Source of the DNA: Afipia sp.
GTDB lineage: Bacteria; Pseudomonadota; Alphaproteobacteria; Rhizobiales; Xanthobacteraceae
NCBI GenBank assembly: GCA_026400415.1
Contig: JAPLPA010000089.1
Span: 1-33,183, forward strand
Length of the DNA stretch: 33,183 nt
Direction of reading: 5' to 3'
Shown: in pieces, positions 17,912 through 27,920 of the stretch
Layout: every line of letters starts with the position of its first letter
How positions within the stretch are numbered: position 1 is the first letter of the stretch
The notes under the pieces: model-generated
Databases searched by the model: none
What the model saw: only the letters and a program-made list of their open reading frames with translations
Told to the model about the DNA's origin: nothing
Position numbers and translations under genes: made by a program

Positions 17912-19585
17912 ATGGCGCTAACGCAGAGACTTGAGTTCCGCCAGTCGCAATCGCTGGTGATGACGCCGCAGCTAATGCAGGCGATCAAGCTGCTGCAGCT
18001 GTCGAATCTCGATCTTGTGGCCTTCGTCGAGGACGAGCTTGAGCGCAATCCGCTGTTGGAGCGGGCCGATCAGGATGGTGCGCCGGATCGCGGCCAGGAC
18101 GCACAAGAGCTTCGCGATTCGCAAGGTCAGTCCCAATTTTCCGAAGGTGACGACAGCGGATTTTCCCAAGGGATTGAGCAAGGAAACGACGGCAGTGGCG
18201 ACGGCGGATCGTCAGGCGAGACGTTCGAGTCCAGCACCGAAGAGTGGATGTCGCCAGACCTTGGCAGCCGCCAAGAGATCGAACGAAATCTCGACACCGG
18301 GATGGAGAACGTTTTTCCCGAAGAGCCGGCGGATTCTGCGGCGCGCACCGCGCAGGACGCAGCACCGACGGCCTACACCGAATGGGGTGGCGGCGCGTCG
18401 AATGACGACGACTACAATCTCGAAGCGTTCGTTGCGGCTGAACTAACGCTCAGCGGCCATCTTGCCGAGCAACTCGCGGTGGCTTTTCCCGATCCACAAA
18501 GCCGGATGATCGGTCAGTATCTGATCGACCTTGTGGATGAAGCCGGTTACCTGCCGGCGGATCTCGGCGACGCTCCTGACAAACTCGGTATTGCACACGC
18601 CACCGTCGAATCGGTGCTTGCGGTATTGCAGAAATTCGATCCGCCTGGAGTGTGTGCGAGAAATTTAAGCGAATGTCTTGCCATTCAGTTGCGCGAGCGC
18701 GATCGCTACGATCCCGCGATGCAGGCGCTGGTCGAGCATCTCGATCTGCTGGCAAAGCGCGACATCGCGTCGTTGAGAAAAATATGCGGTGTCGACGATG
18801 AAGACATTGCGGACATGATCGGCGAAATCCGTCATCTCAACCCCAAACCTGGTTTGAAATTAGGTTCGGCGAAAGCGCAGACCGTGGTGCCCGACGTTTA
18901 TGTGCGTCCCGGCCCCGATGGCGGGTGGCATGTCGAGCTAAACAGCGACACGCTGCCGAAAGTTCTGGTTAATCAGGTCTATTATTCGGAACTGTCGAAG
19001 ACCATCCGCAAGGATGGCGACAAATCCTACTTCAGCGATTGTCTGCAGAATGCCACTTGGCTGGTGCGTGCGCTCGATCAGCGCGCCCGAACGATCTTGA
19101 AAGTCTCGACCGAGATCGTGCGTCAGCAGGATGGATTTTTTACTCAAGGTGTCGCGCATTTGCGGCCGCTGAATTTGAAAGCGGTGGCGGACGCTATCCA
19201 GATGCACGAGTCGACGGTGTCGCGCGTCACCGCCAACAAGTATATGGCGACCAATCGCGGTACATTCGAGCTGAAATATTTTTTCACGGCGTCAATCGCA
19301 TCTGCCGACGGCGGCGACGCTCATTCGGCGGAAGCCGTGCGGCATCGCATCAAAAATCTTATCGACGCCGAGAATCCTGCTGCAATTCTGTCTGACGACA
19401 CCATTGTGGAACGATTGCACGATGACGGAATTGATATTGCACGACGTACTGTTGCCAAATACCGCGAATCCATGCGCATCCCCTCCTCAGTGCAACGCCG
19501 CCGCGACAAGCAAAGTATGCTTGGAAATGCGCTGACGTCTGCGGCTCCCGCAGTTGATCGTTCGCGTGACACCGCACCAGCTTGA
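17912..19585 (+). CDS. rpoN: RNA polymerase sigma-54 factor
   Basis: MALTQRLEFRQSQSLVMTPQLMQAIKLLQL, HESTVSRVT, RpoN box ARRTVAKYRE. Confidence 0.98.
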   Translation: MALTQRLEFRQSQSLVMTPQLMQAIKLLQLSNLDLVAFVEDELERNPLLERADQDGAPDRGQDAQELRDSQGQSQFSEGDDSGFSQGIEQGNDGSGDGGSSGETFESSTEEWMSPDLGSRQEIERNLDTGMENVFPEEPADSAARTAQDAAPTAYTEWGGGASNDDDYNLEAFVAAELTLSGHLAEQLAVAFPDPQSRMIGQYLIDLVDEAGYLPADLGDAPDKLGIAHATVESVLAVLQKFDPPGVCARNLSECLAIQLRERDRYDPAMQALVEHLDLLAKRDIASLRKICGVDDEDIADMIGEIRHLNPKPGLKLGSAKAQTVVPDVYVRPGPDGGWHVELNSDTLPKVLVNQVYYSELSKTIRKDGDKSYFSDCLQNATWLVRALDQRARTILKVSTEIVRQQDGFFTQGVAHLRPLNLKAVADAIQMHESTVSRVTANKYMATNRGTFELKYFFTASIASADGGDAHSAEAVRHRIKNLIDAENPAAILSDDTIVERLHDDGIDIARRTVAKYRESMRIPSSVQRRRDKQSMLGNALTSAAPAVDRSRDTAPA

Positions 19586-19642
19586 CGGCAGGTTCAATAA
19601 GAAGAAACCTCAACGCACCCAAGAAGCAAGCGAGGCAATAGC

Positions 19643-20257
19643 ATGACACTTCGAGTCTCTGGGAAAAGCATCAGCGTCGGCGAAGCTCTTCGTGAACGTG
19701 TTAGCGATCGTACGGATGAAGTGCTGCGAAAATATTTCGACGGCAATTATTCAGGCCACATAACTTTGAGTAAGGATGGCTACGGATTTCGGACCGACTG
19801 TGCGCTGCATCTCGATTCGGGAATCACACTCGAGGCGGATGCGATGGCCGCCGACGCGTATGCGAGCGCGGACGAAGCATTGTTGCTGATCGAAAAGCGC
19901 CTGCGCCGCTATAAGAGTCGCCTCAAGGATCGTTCTTTGCGTAAAACACATGCCGAGTCGGCCGCGATGGCAGAACTGAACGGTGGCGGACTAGACGCGC
20001 CCAGCTATGTGATCGAGGCACCCTCGCATGAGGATGAGGAAGTCAGCGAATTCAATCCGGTGATCATCGCTGAGGCGACAACGTCACTGAAACGCTATTC
20101 GGTCAGCGAGGCGGTCATGGAGTTGGACCTCACAGGTGCTCCGGTCATGGTATTTCAGCACGGTGGCAGCGGGCGCGTGAATATCATCTACCGACGCGCG
20201 GACGGCAATGTAGGGTGGGTGGACCCGCCTGTGACTAGCGATCCGGTTCGCCATTGA
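19643..20257 (+). CDS. hpf: Ribosome hibernation promoting factor (long HPF / RaiA family)
   Basis: MTLRVSGKSISVGEAL, KRLRRYK, SVSEAVMELD, YRRADGNVGWVDP. Confidence 0.95.
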   Translation: MTLRVSGKSISVGEALRERVSDRTDEVLRKYFDGNYSGHITLSKDGYGFRTDCALHLDSGITLEADAMAADAYASADEALLLIEKRLRRYKSRLKDRSLRKTHAESAAMAELNGGGLDAPSYVIEAPSHEDEEVSEFNPVIIAEATTSLKRYSVSEAVMELDLTGAPVMVFQHGGSGRVNIIYRRADGNVGWVDPPVTSDPVRH

Positions 20258-20397
20258 CGCCCCGCCGGAGCCTAACTATGGTCCGCGACCTTTCGCAGGC
20301 GGGGATCAATTCGGGCTCCAGTGGCCCTTGACGTCCTCCGGTTCGATACCGATTTTCTAAATTCAACAACAGCTTAACATTTACCTCGGAACGTTCC

Positions 20398-20859
20398 ATG
20401 ACGATTACCGACCTGGTCGCGCCCGAGGCGATTCTTCCCGCCCTGAAGGTCATCAGCAAGAAGCAGGCGCTGCAGGAGCTGGCGGCGCGCGCCGCTGTGC
20501 TGACCGGTCAAAACGAACGCTCGATTTTCGAGGTGCTGCTTCAGCGCGAGAAGCTCGGCACGACGGCGGTCGGCTATGGTGTCGCAATCCCGCACGGCAA
20601 GCTGCCAAAGCTCGATAAAATTTTTGGATTGTTCGCACGGCTTGAGCGCCCGATCGATTTTGAGGCGATGGACGGTCAGCCGGTCGATCTCGTGTTTCTG
20701 CTGCTGGCGCCGGAAGGCGCGGGTGCCGATCATCTCAAGGCGCTGGCGCGGATTGCGCGCCTGCTACGAGATCAGGATGTTGCTAAGAAGCTCCGCGCAT
20801 CGCGTGACGCCCAGGCACTGTATTCCGTCCTGGCACTGCCGCCGGCAACCGCGGCTTGA
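20398..20859 (+). CDS. ptsN: PTS IIA-like nitrogen regulatory protein
   Basis: REKLGTTAVGYGVAIPHGK, DGQPVDLVFLLLAPE, HLKALARIAR. Confidence 0.97.
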   Translation: MTITDLVAPEAILPALKVISKKQALQELAARAAVLTGQNERSIFEVLLQREKLGTTAVGYGVAIPHGKLPKLDKIFGLFARLERPIDFEAMDGQPVDLVFLLLAPEGAGADHLKALARIARLLRDQDVAKKLRASRDAQALYSVLALPPATAA

Positions 20860-20887
20860 GTTTTTCAATATACTGTTTGGGAAAACA

Positions 20888-20918
20888 AAAACGGCGGCGC
20901 TGACAGCGCCGCCGTTTT
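20888..20918. terminator. Bidirectional intrinsic terminator
   Basis: aaaacggcggcgct-gac-agcgccgccgtttt between convergent ptsN and DUF1150. Confidence 0.85.
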
Positions 20919-20944
20919 AATATTTCAAACCTTAGCCGCTCAGC

Positions 20945-21211
20945 TCAGTGAACGCTGACGGTTTCCAGCTCATTGCTCCATGCATTCGCAATCGCGGCTT
21001 CGCGGCTGTCAGTCAGCATGATCGGCGTGCCGTCGGCAGCATGAAGCGCAAACAGCTTCAGTCCCGGCGCGATCTGCGGTGCCTGCGGGAAAAGTCCCGG
21101 CACGTCTTCGGAGCGAATCTGTTTGACGTAGGCAATGTGGCCTTCGCCAAGTGTCGCCAGCGTCTCCATTGAGACATCCGGTTCGAAGATTACAGTGTTG
21201 GCTTCAGTCAT
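20945..21211 (-). CDS. DUF1150 family protein
   Basis: LGEGHIAYVK, LFALHAADGTPIML, terminal VSVH; downstream of hsp20. Confidence 0.9.
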   Translation of the reverse strand: MTEANTVIFEPDVSMETLATLGEGHIAYVKQIRSEDVPGLFPQAPQIAPGLKLFALHAADGTPIMLTDSREAAIANAWSNELETVSVH

Positions 21212-21263
21212 GGTCTCGACTCCTTACTGTTAGACCAAGCGGTCGAGTCCGCTACTCGTTCCA

Positions 21264-21689
21264 TTATTCATGCTCATTGATGGCTATCTGCTTAACGACC
21301 CGTTCAGGTTCTGGCCTGGCAAGGTCGATCGACAGCAGCCCGTTCTTCAGGTCCGCACCGACGACGAACATCCCATCCGCCAGCACGAAAGTGCGCTGGA
21401 AGTGCCGCGCGGCGATGCCGCGATGGATGTATTGGCGGGTCTTGTCGTCCTGCTGGCGTCCCCGGATCACGAGCTGGTTTTCCTCAGTGGTTACATCGAG
21501 TTGGTCGCGCGTGAACCCTGCCACCGCCAACGTGATACGAAGGCGTTCAGGCTGGCCGTCTTCACGGTTGCACCGCTCGATGTTGTAGGGAGGATAACCG
21601 TCCGCTCCTTTGACGACGCGATCAAGCGCACGCTCGATTTCGTCAAATCCCAAAAGAAATGGACTCGATAGCGAAGGAACACGAGACAT
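21264..21689 (-). CDS. Small heat shock protein (Hsp20/IbpA family)
   Basis: YPPYNIE, ITLAVAGF, YIHRGIAARHFQRTFVLAD, ADLKNGLLSIDL. Confidence 0.96.
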   Translation of the reverse strand: MSRVPSLSSPFLLGFDEIERALDRVVKGADGYPPYNIERCNREDGQPERLRITLAVAGFTRDQLDVTTEENQLVIRGRQQDDKTRQYIHRGIAARHFQRTFVLADGMFVVGADLKNGLLSIDLARPEPERVVKQIAINEHE

Positions 21690-21762
21690 TCACAAAGTCC
21701 TCTCGAAGCGACTTTGAACTACGGGCCCTTGCGGCACCCAATTCGAGGAATCCCTCGAACAT
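21690..21762 (-). ncRNA. ROSE-like RNA thermometer in hsp20 5' UTR
   Basis: Three hairpins. The last, CAAAGUCGCU-UCGAG-AGGACUUUG (21716-21693), pairs UCGCU (bulged G) with the AGGA SD just before AUG. Confidence 0.75.
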
Positions 21763-21767
21763 CAACA

Positions 21768-21796
21768 ATATGGAGATAGTCGGCAGTCGGTTCAAG
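21768..21796 (-). promoter_or_regulatory. RpoH (sigma32)-type promoter of hsp20
   Basis: Minus strand CTTGAA-N15-CTCCATAT, close to sigma32 consensus CTTGAA-N13-17-CCCCATNT. Confidence 0.7.
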
Positions 21797-21832
21797 ATGC
21801 CTGCAAAGCCTTCAAAACAGGGCAGGAAAAGG

Positions 21833-22933
21833 TCAAATATCGACGCGAGTCCTGCCGTCGGCGCTAAACAGGTGAAGCTTTGCGCGCGGCGCAGACGCTT
21901 TGATTCGCGCGCCAATTTCGGGCGCGTCTTGGCCCGGCACGCGCACGATGATTTCGCCGGGTGGAAGTTCTCCAGGATTGGCGCTCACGCTAACGCCGCT
22001 GGCGTGTTTGGCGCGGCTTCCGTAGACGAATGTTTCAGGCCCGACACGTTCGACGGCATCGACAGTGAGATCGAAGGTCATGCCGCCATCTGGCGCGCTG
22101 CCTGAAATCACAAGATCTTCCGGCCGAACGCCGAGAATGCCAGCCTGTGTGGCGCTTCGGCTGTCGCCCGCGAACAACGGTCTGATTTCATCTTCCTTTA
22201 TTGGCACCAGATTCATCGGCGGCGCACCGATGAATGAGGCGACAAAAGTCGTCGCGGGCTTTTGATAAATGTCGAGCGGTTTGCCGATCTGTTCGACCTG
22301 ACCGCCGTTCATCACAACCAGAATATCCGCCAGCGTCATGGCTTCGAGCTGATCGTGCGTGACGTAGATAGATGTCGTCTTGAGACGCCGTTGCAGTCGC
22401 CTGATCTCGACGCGCATGGCGATACGCAATTTTGCGTCGAGGTTCGAGAGCGGCTCGTCGAACAGAAACACTTTCGGCTGTCGCACGATGGCGCGGCCCA
22501 CGGCGACGCCCTGCCGCTGTCCGCCCGAGAGTTGGCGCGGCTTGCGATCGAGCATCGGCGCGATTTCGAGAATCTGCGCTGCCTCGCGCACCCGCGTGTC
22601 GATCTCCGGCTTCGGCATTCCGCGATTGCGCAGGCCGTAAGCCATATTGTTGTAAACGCTCATATGCGGATAGAGCGCGTAATTCTGAAATACCATCGCG
22701 ATGTCGCGTTCAGCGGGCTCGATCTCGTTCACAATACGTCCGCCGATATCGATGGTGCCGCCAGTGATGGTTTCCAGTCCCGCCACCATCCGCAACAATG
22801 TCGACTTGCCGCATCCCGAAGGCCCAACCAGCACGCAAAACTGTCCATCTCCGACCTCAAAGTTGATGCCTTTGATTGCATCGACTCCACCGGGATAAGT
22901 CTTGCGGACATCGTTCAGCACGACATTCGACAT
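21833..22933 (-). CDS. ugpC: sn-glycerol-3-phosphate ABC transporter ATP-binding protein
   Basis: [47 protein letters not shown]. Confidence 0.94.
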   Translation of the reverse strand: MSNVVLNDVRKTYPGGVDAIKGINFEVGDGQFCVLVGPSGCGKSTLLRMVAGLETITGGTIDIGGRIVNEIEPAERDIAMVFQNYALYPHMSVYNNMAYGLRNRGMPKPEIDTRVREAAQILEIAPMLDRKPRQLSGGQRQGVAVGRAIVRQPKVFLFDEPLSNLDAKLRIAMRVEIRRLQRRLKTTSIYVTHDQLEAMTLADILVVMNGGQVEQIGKPLDIYQKPATTFVASFIGAPPMNLVPIKEDEIRPLFAGDSRSATQAGILGVRPEDLVISGSAPDGGMTFDLTVDAVERVGPETFVYGSRAKHASGVSVSANPGELPPGEIIVRVPGQDAPEIGARIKASAPRAKLHLFSADGRTRVDI

Positions 22934-22942
22934 TCTTCGTTC

Positions 22943-23791
22943 CTATTTTTCAGTCTCGACGAGTCCGCGCACGAACAATCTTTGCATTAGGATCACAACG
23001 GCAACCGGCGGCAGCATGGCCAACACGGCAGTCGCCATGACTACGGGCCATTCGGTCAGCGCATCCGAAGTCGTAATCATTTTCCGTATACCGATCACGA
23101 TCGTCTGCATATCGTCGCGCGTGGTGATGAGGAGCGGCCAGAGATATTGATTCCAGCCGTAGATAAATAGAATCACAAACAGCGCCGCCATGTTGGTGCG
23201 CGACAAAGGCAACAACGTATCCTTGAAAAAACGAAACGGACCTGCGCCGTCGATACGCGATGCTTCGAGCAATTCGTCCGGTACCGTCATGAAGAATTGT
23301 CGGAACAGCAAGGTCGCGGTGGCGGATGCGATCAGCGGCAGTGTCAATCCAGCATAGCTGTCGAGCAGATGCAGATCGGCGGCGATCTTATAAGTCGGAT
23401 AGATGCGCACTTCGACCGGCAGCATCAGCGTCATGAAAATCAGCCAGAAAATCCACATCCTGAACGGAAAGCGGAAATACACGATGGCGTAGGCCGACAG
23501 AATCGAGATTGCGATTTTGCCAAGCGCAATCGACAGCGCCATCATGAGCGAATTGAACAGCATGACGCCAACAGGTTCGCGCGTCGATCCGCTGGTGCCG
23601 GTGAAGATCGTCTTGGTGTAATTTTCGATAAAGTGCCCGCCGGGCAGCAGCGACATCTGGCCGTTGGCGATAAGGGACGCTTCCTGCGTCGATGCGACGA
23701 AGGCGAGATAGACCGGGAACGCCACGATGGCGATGCCGGCCCACAAAATGAAATGCGCGACATAGCGCCGGATGCCCTGACGCTCGACCAT
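22943..23791 (-). CDS. ugpE: sn-glycerol-3-phosphate ABC transporter permease
   Basis: TLMLPVEVRI, ASATATLLFRQFF, WNQYLWPLL, FVRGLVETEK. Confidence 0.95.
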   Translation of the reverse strand: MVERQGIRRYVAHFILWAGIAIVAFPVYLAFVASTQEASLIANGQMSLLPGGHFIENYTKTIFTGTSGSTREPVGVMLFNSLMMALSIALGKIAISILSAYAIVYFRFPFRMWIFWLIFMTLMLPVEVRIYPTYKIAADLHLLDSYAGLTLPLIASATATLLFRQFFMTVPDELLEASRIDGAGPFRFFKDTLLPLSRTNMAALFVILFIYGWNQYLWPLLITTRDDMQTIVIGIRKMITTSDALTEWPVVMATAVLAMLPPVAVVILMQRLFVRGLVETEK

Positions 23792-24672
23792 CAGTACACC
23801 ACCTTGCGTTCGACGTAGCGGAACTGAATCGCTGTGAGCGCTATGACGATCACCATCAGGATGACGGATTGCGCCGCAGATGAGCCGAGATTTCCGCCAA
23901 GAAGCCCATCGAGATAGACCTTGTAGACCAGTGTCTCGGTGGCTTTCGCCGGGCCGCCGCCAGTCATGGCGTCGATGATCCCGAACGTGTCAAAGAACGC
24001 GTAGACGATATTGACGACGATGAGAAAGAAGATCGTCGGCGTCAGCAGCGGAAACGTGACGGTCCAGAACCGGCGCATCGGCTGCGCGCCATCGATGGCT
24101 GCGGCCTCGAGCACGCTCTTCGGAATCGCCTGCAGACCCGCCAGAAAGAACAGGAAGTTGTACGAAATCTGTTTCCATGTTGCAGCGAGCACGACAAGGA
24201 TGACAGCATGGTCGCCGTTCAGCAATGGATTCCAGTTGATGCCGATGTTGCGCAATCCGCGCGCGAGCACGCCGAGCGACGGATGCAGCATGAAAATCCA
24301 CAGCACACCTGCAACGGCGGGCGCAACTGCATAAGGCCATATCAGAAGTGTGCGATAGATTCCGACACCGCGCAGCGGCTTGTCCGCCATCACGGCAAGC
24401 AGCAAAGCGAGTGACAGCGAGGATCCCGCGATTGCCGCCGAGAAGACAAATGTCCGCACGATCGCCCGGAAGTAGCCAGGCTCATTGAAGAGGGCGATGT
24501 AATTTTCAAATGCGACGAATGTCGTCGAGAGGCCGAATGCGTCCTGCAGAAGGAACGATTGGTAAACCGCCTGCGCGGCCGGCCAATAAAAGAAAATCAA
24601 AACGACCACCGCCTGCGGTATCAGCAGGAAAAATGGTAATAGCCGAGAATGAAAGACGGTTTGTTTTTGCAT
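23791..24672 (-). CDS. ugpA: sn-glycerol-3-phosphate ABC transporter permease
   Basis: [46 protein letters not shown]. Confidence 0.95.
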   Translation of the reverse strand: MQKQTVFHSRLLPFFLLIPQAVVVLIFFYWPAAQAVYQSFLLQDAFGLSTTFVAFENYIALFNEPGYFRAIVRTFVFSAAIAGSSLSLALLLAVMADKPLRGVGIYRTLLIWPYAVAPAVAGVLWIFMLHPSLGVLARGLRNIGINWNPLLNGDHAVILVVLAATWKQISYNFLFFLAGLQAIPKSVLEAAAIDGAQPMRRFWTVTFPLLTPTIFFLIVVNIVYAFFDTFGIIDAMTGGGPAKATETLVYKVYLDGLLGGNLGSSAAQSVILMVIVIALTAIQFRYVERKVVY

Positions 24673-24680
24673 GTTGCGAA

Positions 24681-24713
24681 CGAGGCGGAACGCGGTTCGC
24701 GCGTTCCGCCTCG
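24681..24713. other. 14-bp perfect intercistronic hairpin between ugpB and ugpA
   Basis: cgaggcggaacgcg-gttcg-cgcgttccgcctcg, no U tract. Confidence 0.7.
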
Positions 24714-24717
24714 GGTC

Positions 24718-26034
24718 TTATTTGGACACTGTGCGTTCGAATTGACGCAGCATCGCGTTGCCGCGCTCAACTGCCGTATCGAGCGCTTCCTTGGCGGACT
24801 TCTTGCCAGCGAGCGCGCCTTCGATTTCCTCAGCCCATATGTCACGCAGCTGAACCATATTGCCGAGACGAAGCCCGCGCGAATTTTCAGTGGGCTCCTT
24901 ATTGGTCAACTCAAGCAACGGTGTTTCGAGATAGGGTTGCTCCTTGTAGAAACCCTGCTCCTTGGCTTTGGCGTAAGCAGCCTTCGTAATCGGCAGGTAG
25001 CCGGATGCTTTGTGGACCGCCACCTGACGGTCGGTGTCGGACAGGAATGACAGGAATTTCGCGACGCCCTTGTATTCTTCCGGCGTCTTTCCGCCCATCA
25101 CCCACAGCGAAGCGCCGCCGATGATCGAATTCTGCGGGGCGCCTTTCACGTCTGGATAATAGGGCATCGGCGCGTTGGTCCAGTCGAATTTTGCGTTGGC
25201 TTTCACCTGGCCGAAGAATCCCGATGAGGTCATGAAGATCGGGCACTCGCCTGACGTGAAGCGGCCTTCTCCGGTGTTGGTGCGGCCGGAGTAATCGTAG
25301 GTCTTGTTCTTTTGCAGTTCGATCAGGGTTTCGAGGTGCTTGAGTTGCAGCGGCCCGTTGAATTCTAGCACTGTGTCGAAGCCGTCGAGACCGTTAGCCT
25401 TGGATGAGAGTGGCACGTTGTGCCACGACGACAGCTGTTCGAGATTGACCCAAGTCACCCAGGCGTTCGAGAAACCGCAGGTTTCAAAACCCGCTGCCTT
25501 CAATTTCCTCGCGGCGTCGAAAACTTCCGGCCATGTTTTTGGAATCTCGGCGATGTTCGCTTTCTTCAATGCATCCTTATTGATCCACATCACGGTGGAC
25601 GATGAATTGAACGGGAACGACAGCATCTCGCCCTTCGAGGTCGAGTAGTAACCCGTGATCGCCGGCAGGTATGCCTGCGGGTCGAATTTCTCGCCGGCGT
25701 CGGCCATCAGTTTGTAAACTGGCTTCACGGCGCCTGTCGCGGCCATCATCGTGGCTGTGCCGACTTCGAACACTTGCATGATGTGCGGCGCGTTGCCTGC
25801 TCGGAACGCGGCGATGCCGGCGTTCATCGTGTCCGGGTAATTCCCTTTGTAGGACGGCACGACCTTGTAATCGCTTTGCGAGGCATTGAACTCCTCCGCG
25901 AGTTTCACAACGACTTCGTTGTTTCCGCCTGTCATTGCATGCCACCATTGGATTTCGGTGACGGCGTGAGCAGGTGTTGCGAGGGCAAGAAGTGCCGAAA
26001 TGGTCAGGCCGTAGCCGAAATCGCGAAATTTCAT
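24718..26034 (-). CDS. ugpB: sn-glycerol-3-phosphate ABC transporter substrate-binding protein
   Basis: Signal peptide, EIQWWHAM, QVFEVGTATMM, PFNSSS, PQNSIIGGASLW, GLRLGN. Confidence 0.96.
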   Translation of the reverse strand: MKFRDFGYGLTISALLALATPAHAVTEIQWWHAMTGGNNEVVVKLAEEFNASQSDYKVVPSYKGNYPDTMNAGIAAFRAGNAPHIMQVFEVGTATMMAATGAVKPVYKLMADAGEKFDPQAYLPAITGYYSTSKGEMLSFPFNSSSTVMWINKDALKKANIAEIPKTWPEVFDAARKLKAAGFETCGFSNAWVTWVNLEQLSSWHNVPLSSKANGLDGFDTVLEFNGPLQLKHLETLIELQKNKTYDYSGRTNTGEGRFTSGECPIFMTSSGFFGQVKANAKFDWTNAPMPYYPDVKGAPQNSIIGGASLWVMGGKTPEEYKGVAKFLSFLSDTDRQVAVHKASGYLPITKAAYAKAKEQGFYKEQPYLETPLLELTNKEPTENSRGLRLGNMVQLRDIWAEEIEGALAGKKSAKEALDTAVERGNAMLRQFERTVSK

Positions 26035-26294
26035 GGATATCTCCCGTGGTGCATCACCGTTGTTCGATCATGACGATCGTTGCGCTTTATCAGCGCCGGG
26101 TGACGTTCAGGTGATGATGGTAGTCGGGGAAGCTTGCCGGTGGGAAGGGCAAAAGTGATAGTGCTGGGTTTTAACCGGCGCTAGTTGCATCACTTCGCTT
26201 TTGCAGCAGGATTTGCGTTCGATGTATTCGCGCCAGCGGATTCAGGGGGAGTTCCCATCGCTTCGCCCACCGTCACCTTGCAGGCGACGCGTTC

Positions 26295-27758
26295 TTAGGT
26301 CAAAGCCGAAATACTGACCTGCTGGCCGTCGGCATTTCGCATCTCGAAATGATCATGGCCGGGCATCAGGTCGTATGTTACTTCCCCTTGGCAGGCCGTT
26401 CCGCTTGATGTCATTGTGACCTTGATACGGTGGCTACCCGCGATAGCTGTCTGCTGTAACTTTCCGCCGGCATATTGAACTTGCACGCCGCGATTAATGT
26501 CGCCGAGCGGGCCGATGGCATAGCGCGAAAATGATTTCGTTGGATCGGGTCGCACGTAGGAAAGGCGGCTGGAAATTTCGTCCGCGGATTTCACATACAT
26601 GACAACTTCGCGTTTCGCATGTTTAAGACCGGGCGACGGAGACGTCTCCTGTTGGTCTTCAATGAAGTTAAGCTTGAATGTCCGGCCGGTGAAATTCTCG
26701 AAACCGGCATAGGGATTCGCATTTATGGCGGGCTGCGTTGTGCTTCGCGGATCCGGACCCTTGTTGGCAACAACAGTTGGCGGCGCGGCGTCCAATTTGC
26801 TTTGCGCCGCGCGCGCGAGATCCGCGTAAAATCCTTTCGGATAATTCTTGATAAAGGCATCCCACGCGGGCTTGGTATTGACGGCTGCTGCCAGCTCGTA
26901 GTCCTTACGCAGCTTAGAATCCGGATCTAGGGCGGCGACTTGTGCAGGAACAGTCGCGGCCCGCGCAGGGGCTGCGACCAAGGCAACGTCATCGCCGCCA
27001 AGCGAGCCGTACACAAACGGCTCCTGTTTATTGGCAGTCGCCTTCAGTACTGCGTCGCGCACATAGCCAAGTGATTTTCGCAAGTCCTGTCCGGGGACCG
27101 GCAATTGAACAAGAAGCGCGGTTGTGAACGGGCTATGCTCGCCCGCGCCGTCGGATGCTGTGGAGCCTGCCTTCGCCGCATAAGCGACAAGCGTGTTGGG
27201 ATTTTCCGGCTCAACCTTGGAAAGGCCCCGTTCGATCCCGCGCGACGCGATGCTTCGTTTCATCGTCGTTGAGAATGGATTGTCGCGGCAGGCGTCGAGA
27301 ATGATGAGACGCAGCTTCTTCGCCGGCTCTACTGTCCTCACAATGCGATCAAGCGAGACCGCTTCGTCTTCGACATCGATGTCGCGTTCGAGTCTCGTAT
27401 CGACTGGCAACACATAGTTTGTGCCGTTGATCTCGATGCCGTGCCCGGCATAAAACACGACCGCCACGTCGGCGTCCGCAACCTTGTCGGAAAAATCGCG
27501 GATCATCTTTTTCATGTCGGCGACGCCGACATCCTGACGAGAATCAACGGAATCAAAGCCCGCTTTCTTCAACATCTCGCCAATTGAAGCTGCGTCCTTC
27601 GCCGGGTTCGGTAGCTGGTTGACATTTTTATAGGCCGAATTGCCGATGACCAGGGCGACGCGTTTGTCCGCGAGTGCCGGAGCGGCGGCGCTCAACAGGA
27701 CCAAGACAAGCGCGCTCAGAACAGGAGTGGGCATCCTTCGCAGCAATGTCCCGGCCAT
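26295..27758 (-). CDS. Secreted caspase-family (peptidase C14, p20 domain) protein with an unnamed C-terminal domain; TAA at 26295-97 probably premature (frame otherwise open to TGA at 26190)
   Basis: GGAG RBS before ATG 27758; signal peptide ending ALA; KRVALVIGNSAY, His-Cys dyad YAGHG / ILDACRDNPF, HSPFT, QEPFVYGSL. Confidence 0.92.
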   Translation of the reverse strand: MAGTLLRRMPTPVLSALVLVLLSAAAPALADKRVALVIGNSAYKNVNQLPNPAKDAASIGEMLKKAGFDSVDSRQDVGVADMKKMIRDFSDKVADADVAVVFYAGHGIEINGTNYVLPVDTRLERDIDVEDEAVSLDRIVRTVEPAKKLRLIILDACRDNPFSTTMKRSIASRGIERGLSKVEPENPNTLVAYAAKAGSTASDGAGEHSPFTTALLVQLPVPGQDLRKSLGYVRDAVLKATANKQEPFVYGSLGGDDVALVAAPARAATVPAQVAALDPDSKLRKDYELAAAVNTKPAWDAFIKNYPKGFYADLARAAQSKLDAAPPTVVANKGPDPRSTTQPAINANPYAGFENFTGRTFKLNFIEDQQETSPSPGLKHAKREVVMYVKSADEISSRLSYVRPDPTKSFSRYAIGPLGDINRGVQVQYAGGKLQQTAIAGSHRIKVTMTSSGTACQGEVTYDLMPGHDHFEMRNADGQQVSISALT

Positions 27759-27920
27759 TTCTGGGCTCCGTTCAATCCATCTCGTCGCTTCAAAATGCCA
27801 TAAAGCATTTATGGACGGAAGGTCGATCTGTTGACCCTTTCGCTGTCCTGCGATCACCTTTCTGTTGCCGACGCATCGCATCGACATGTTCGGAACGCTG
27901 CAGCGCAGAAACGTTAAATA

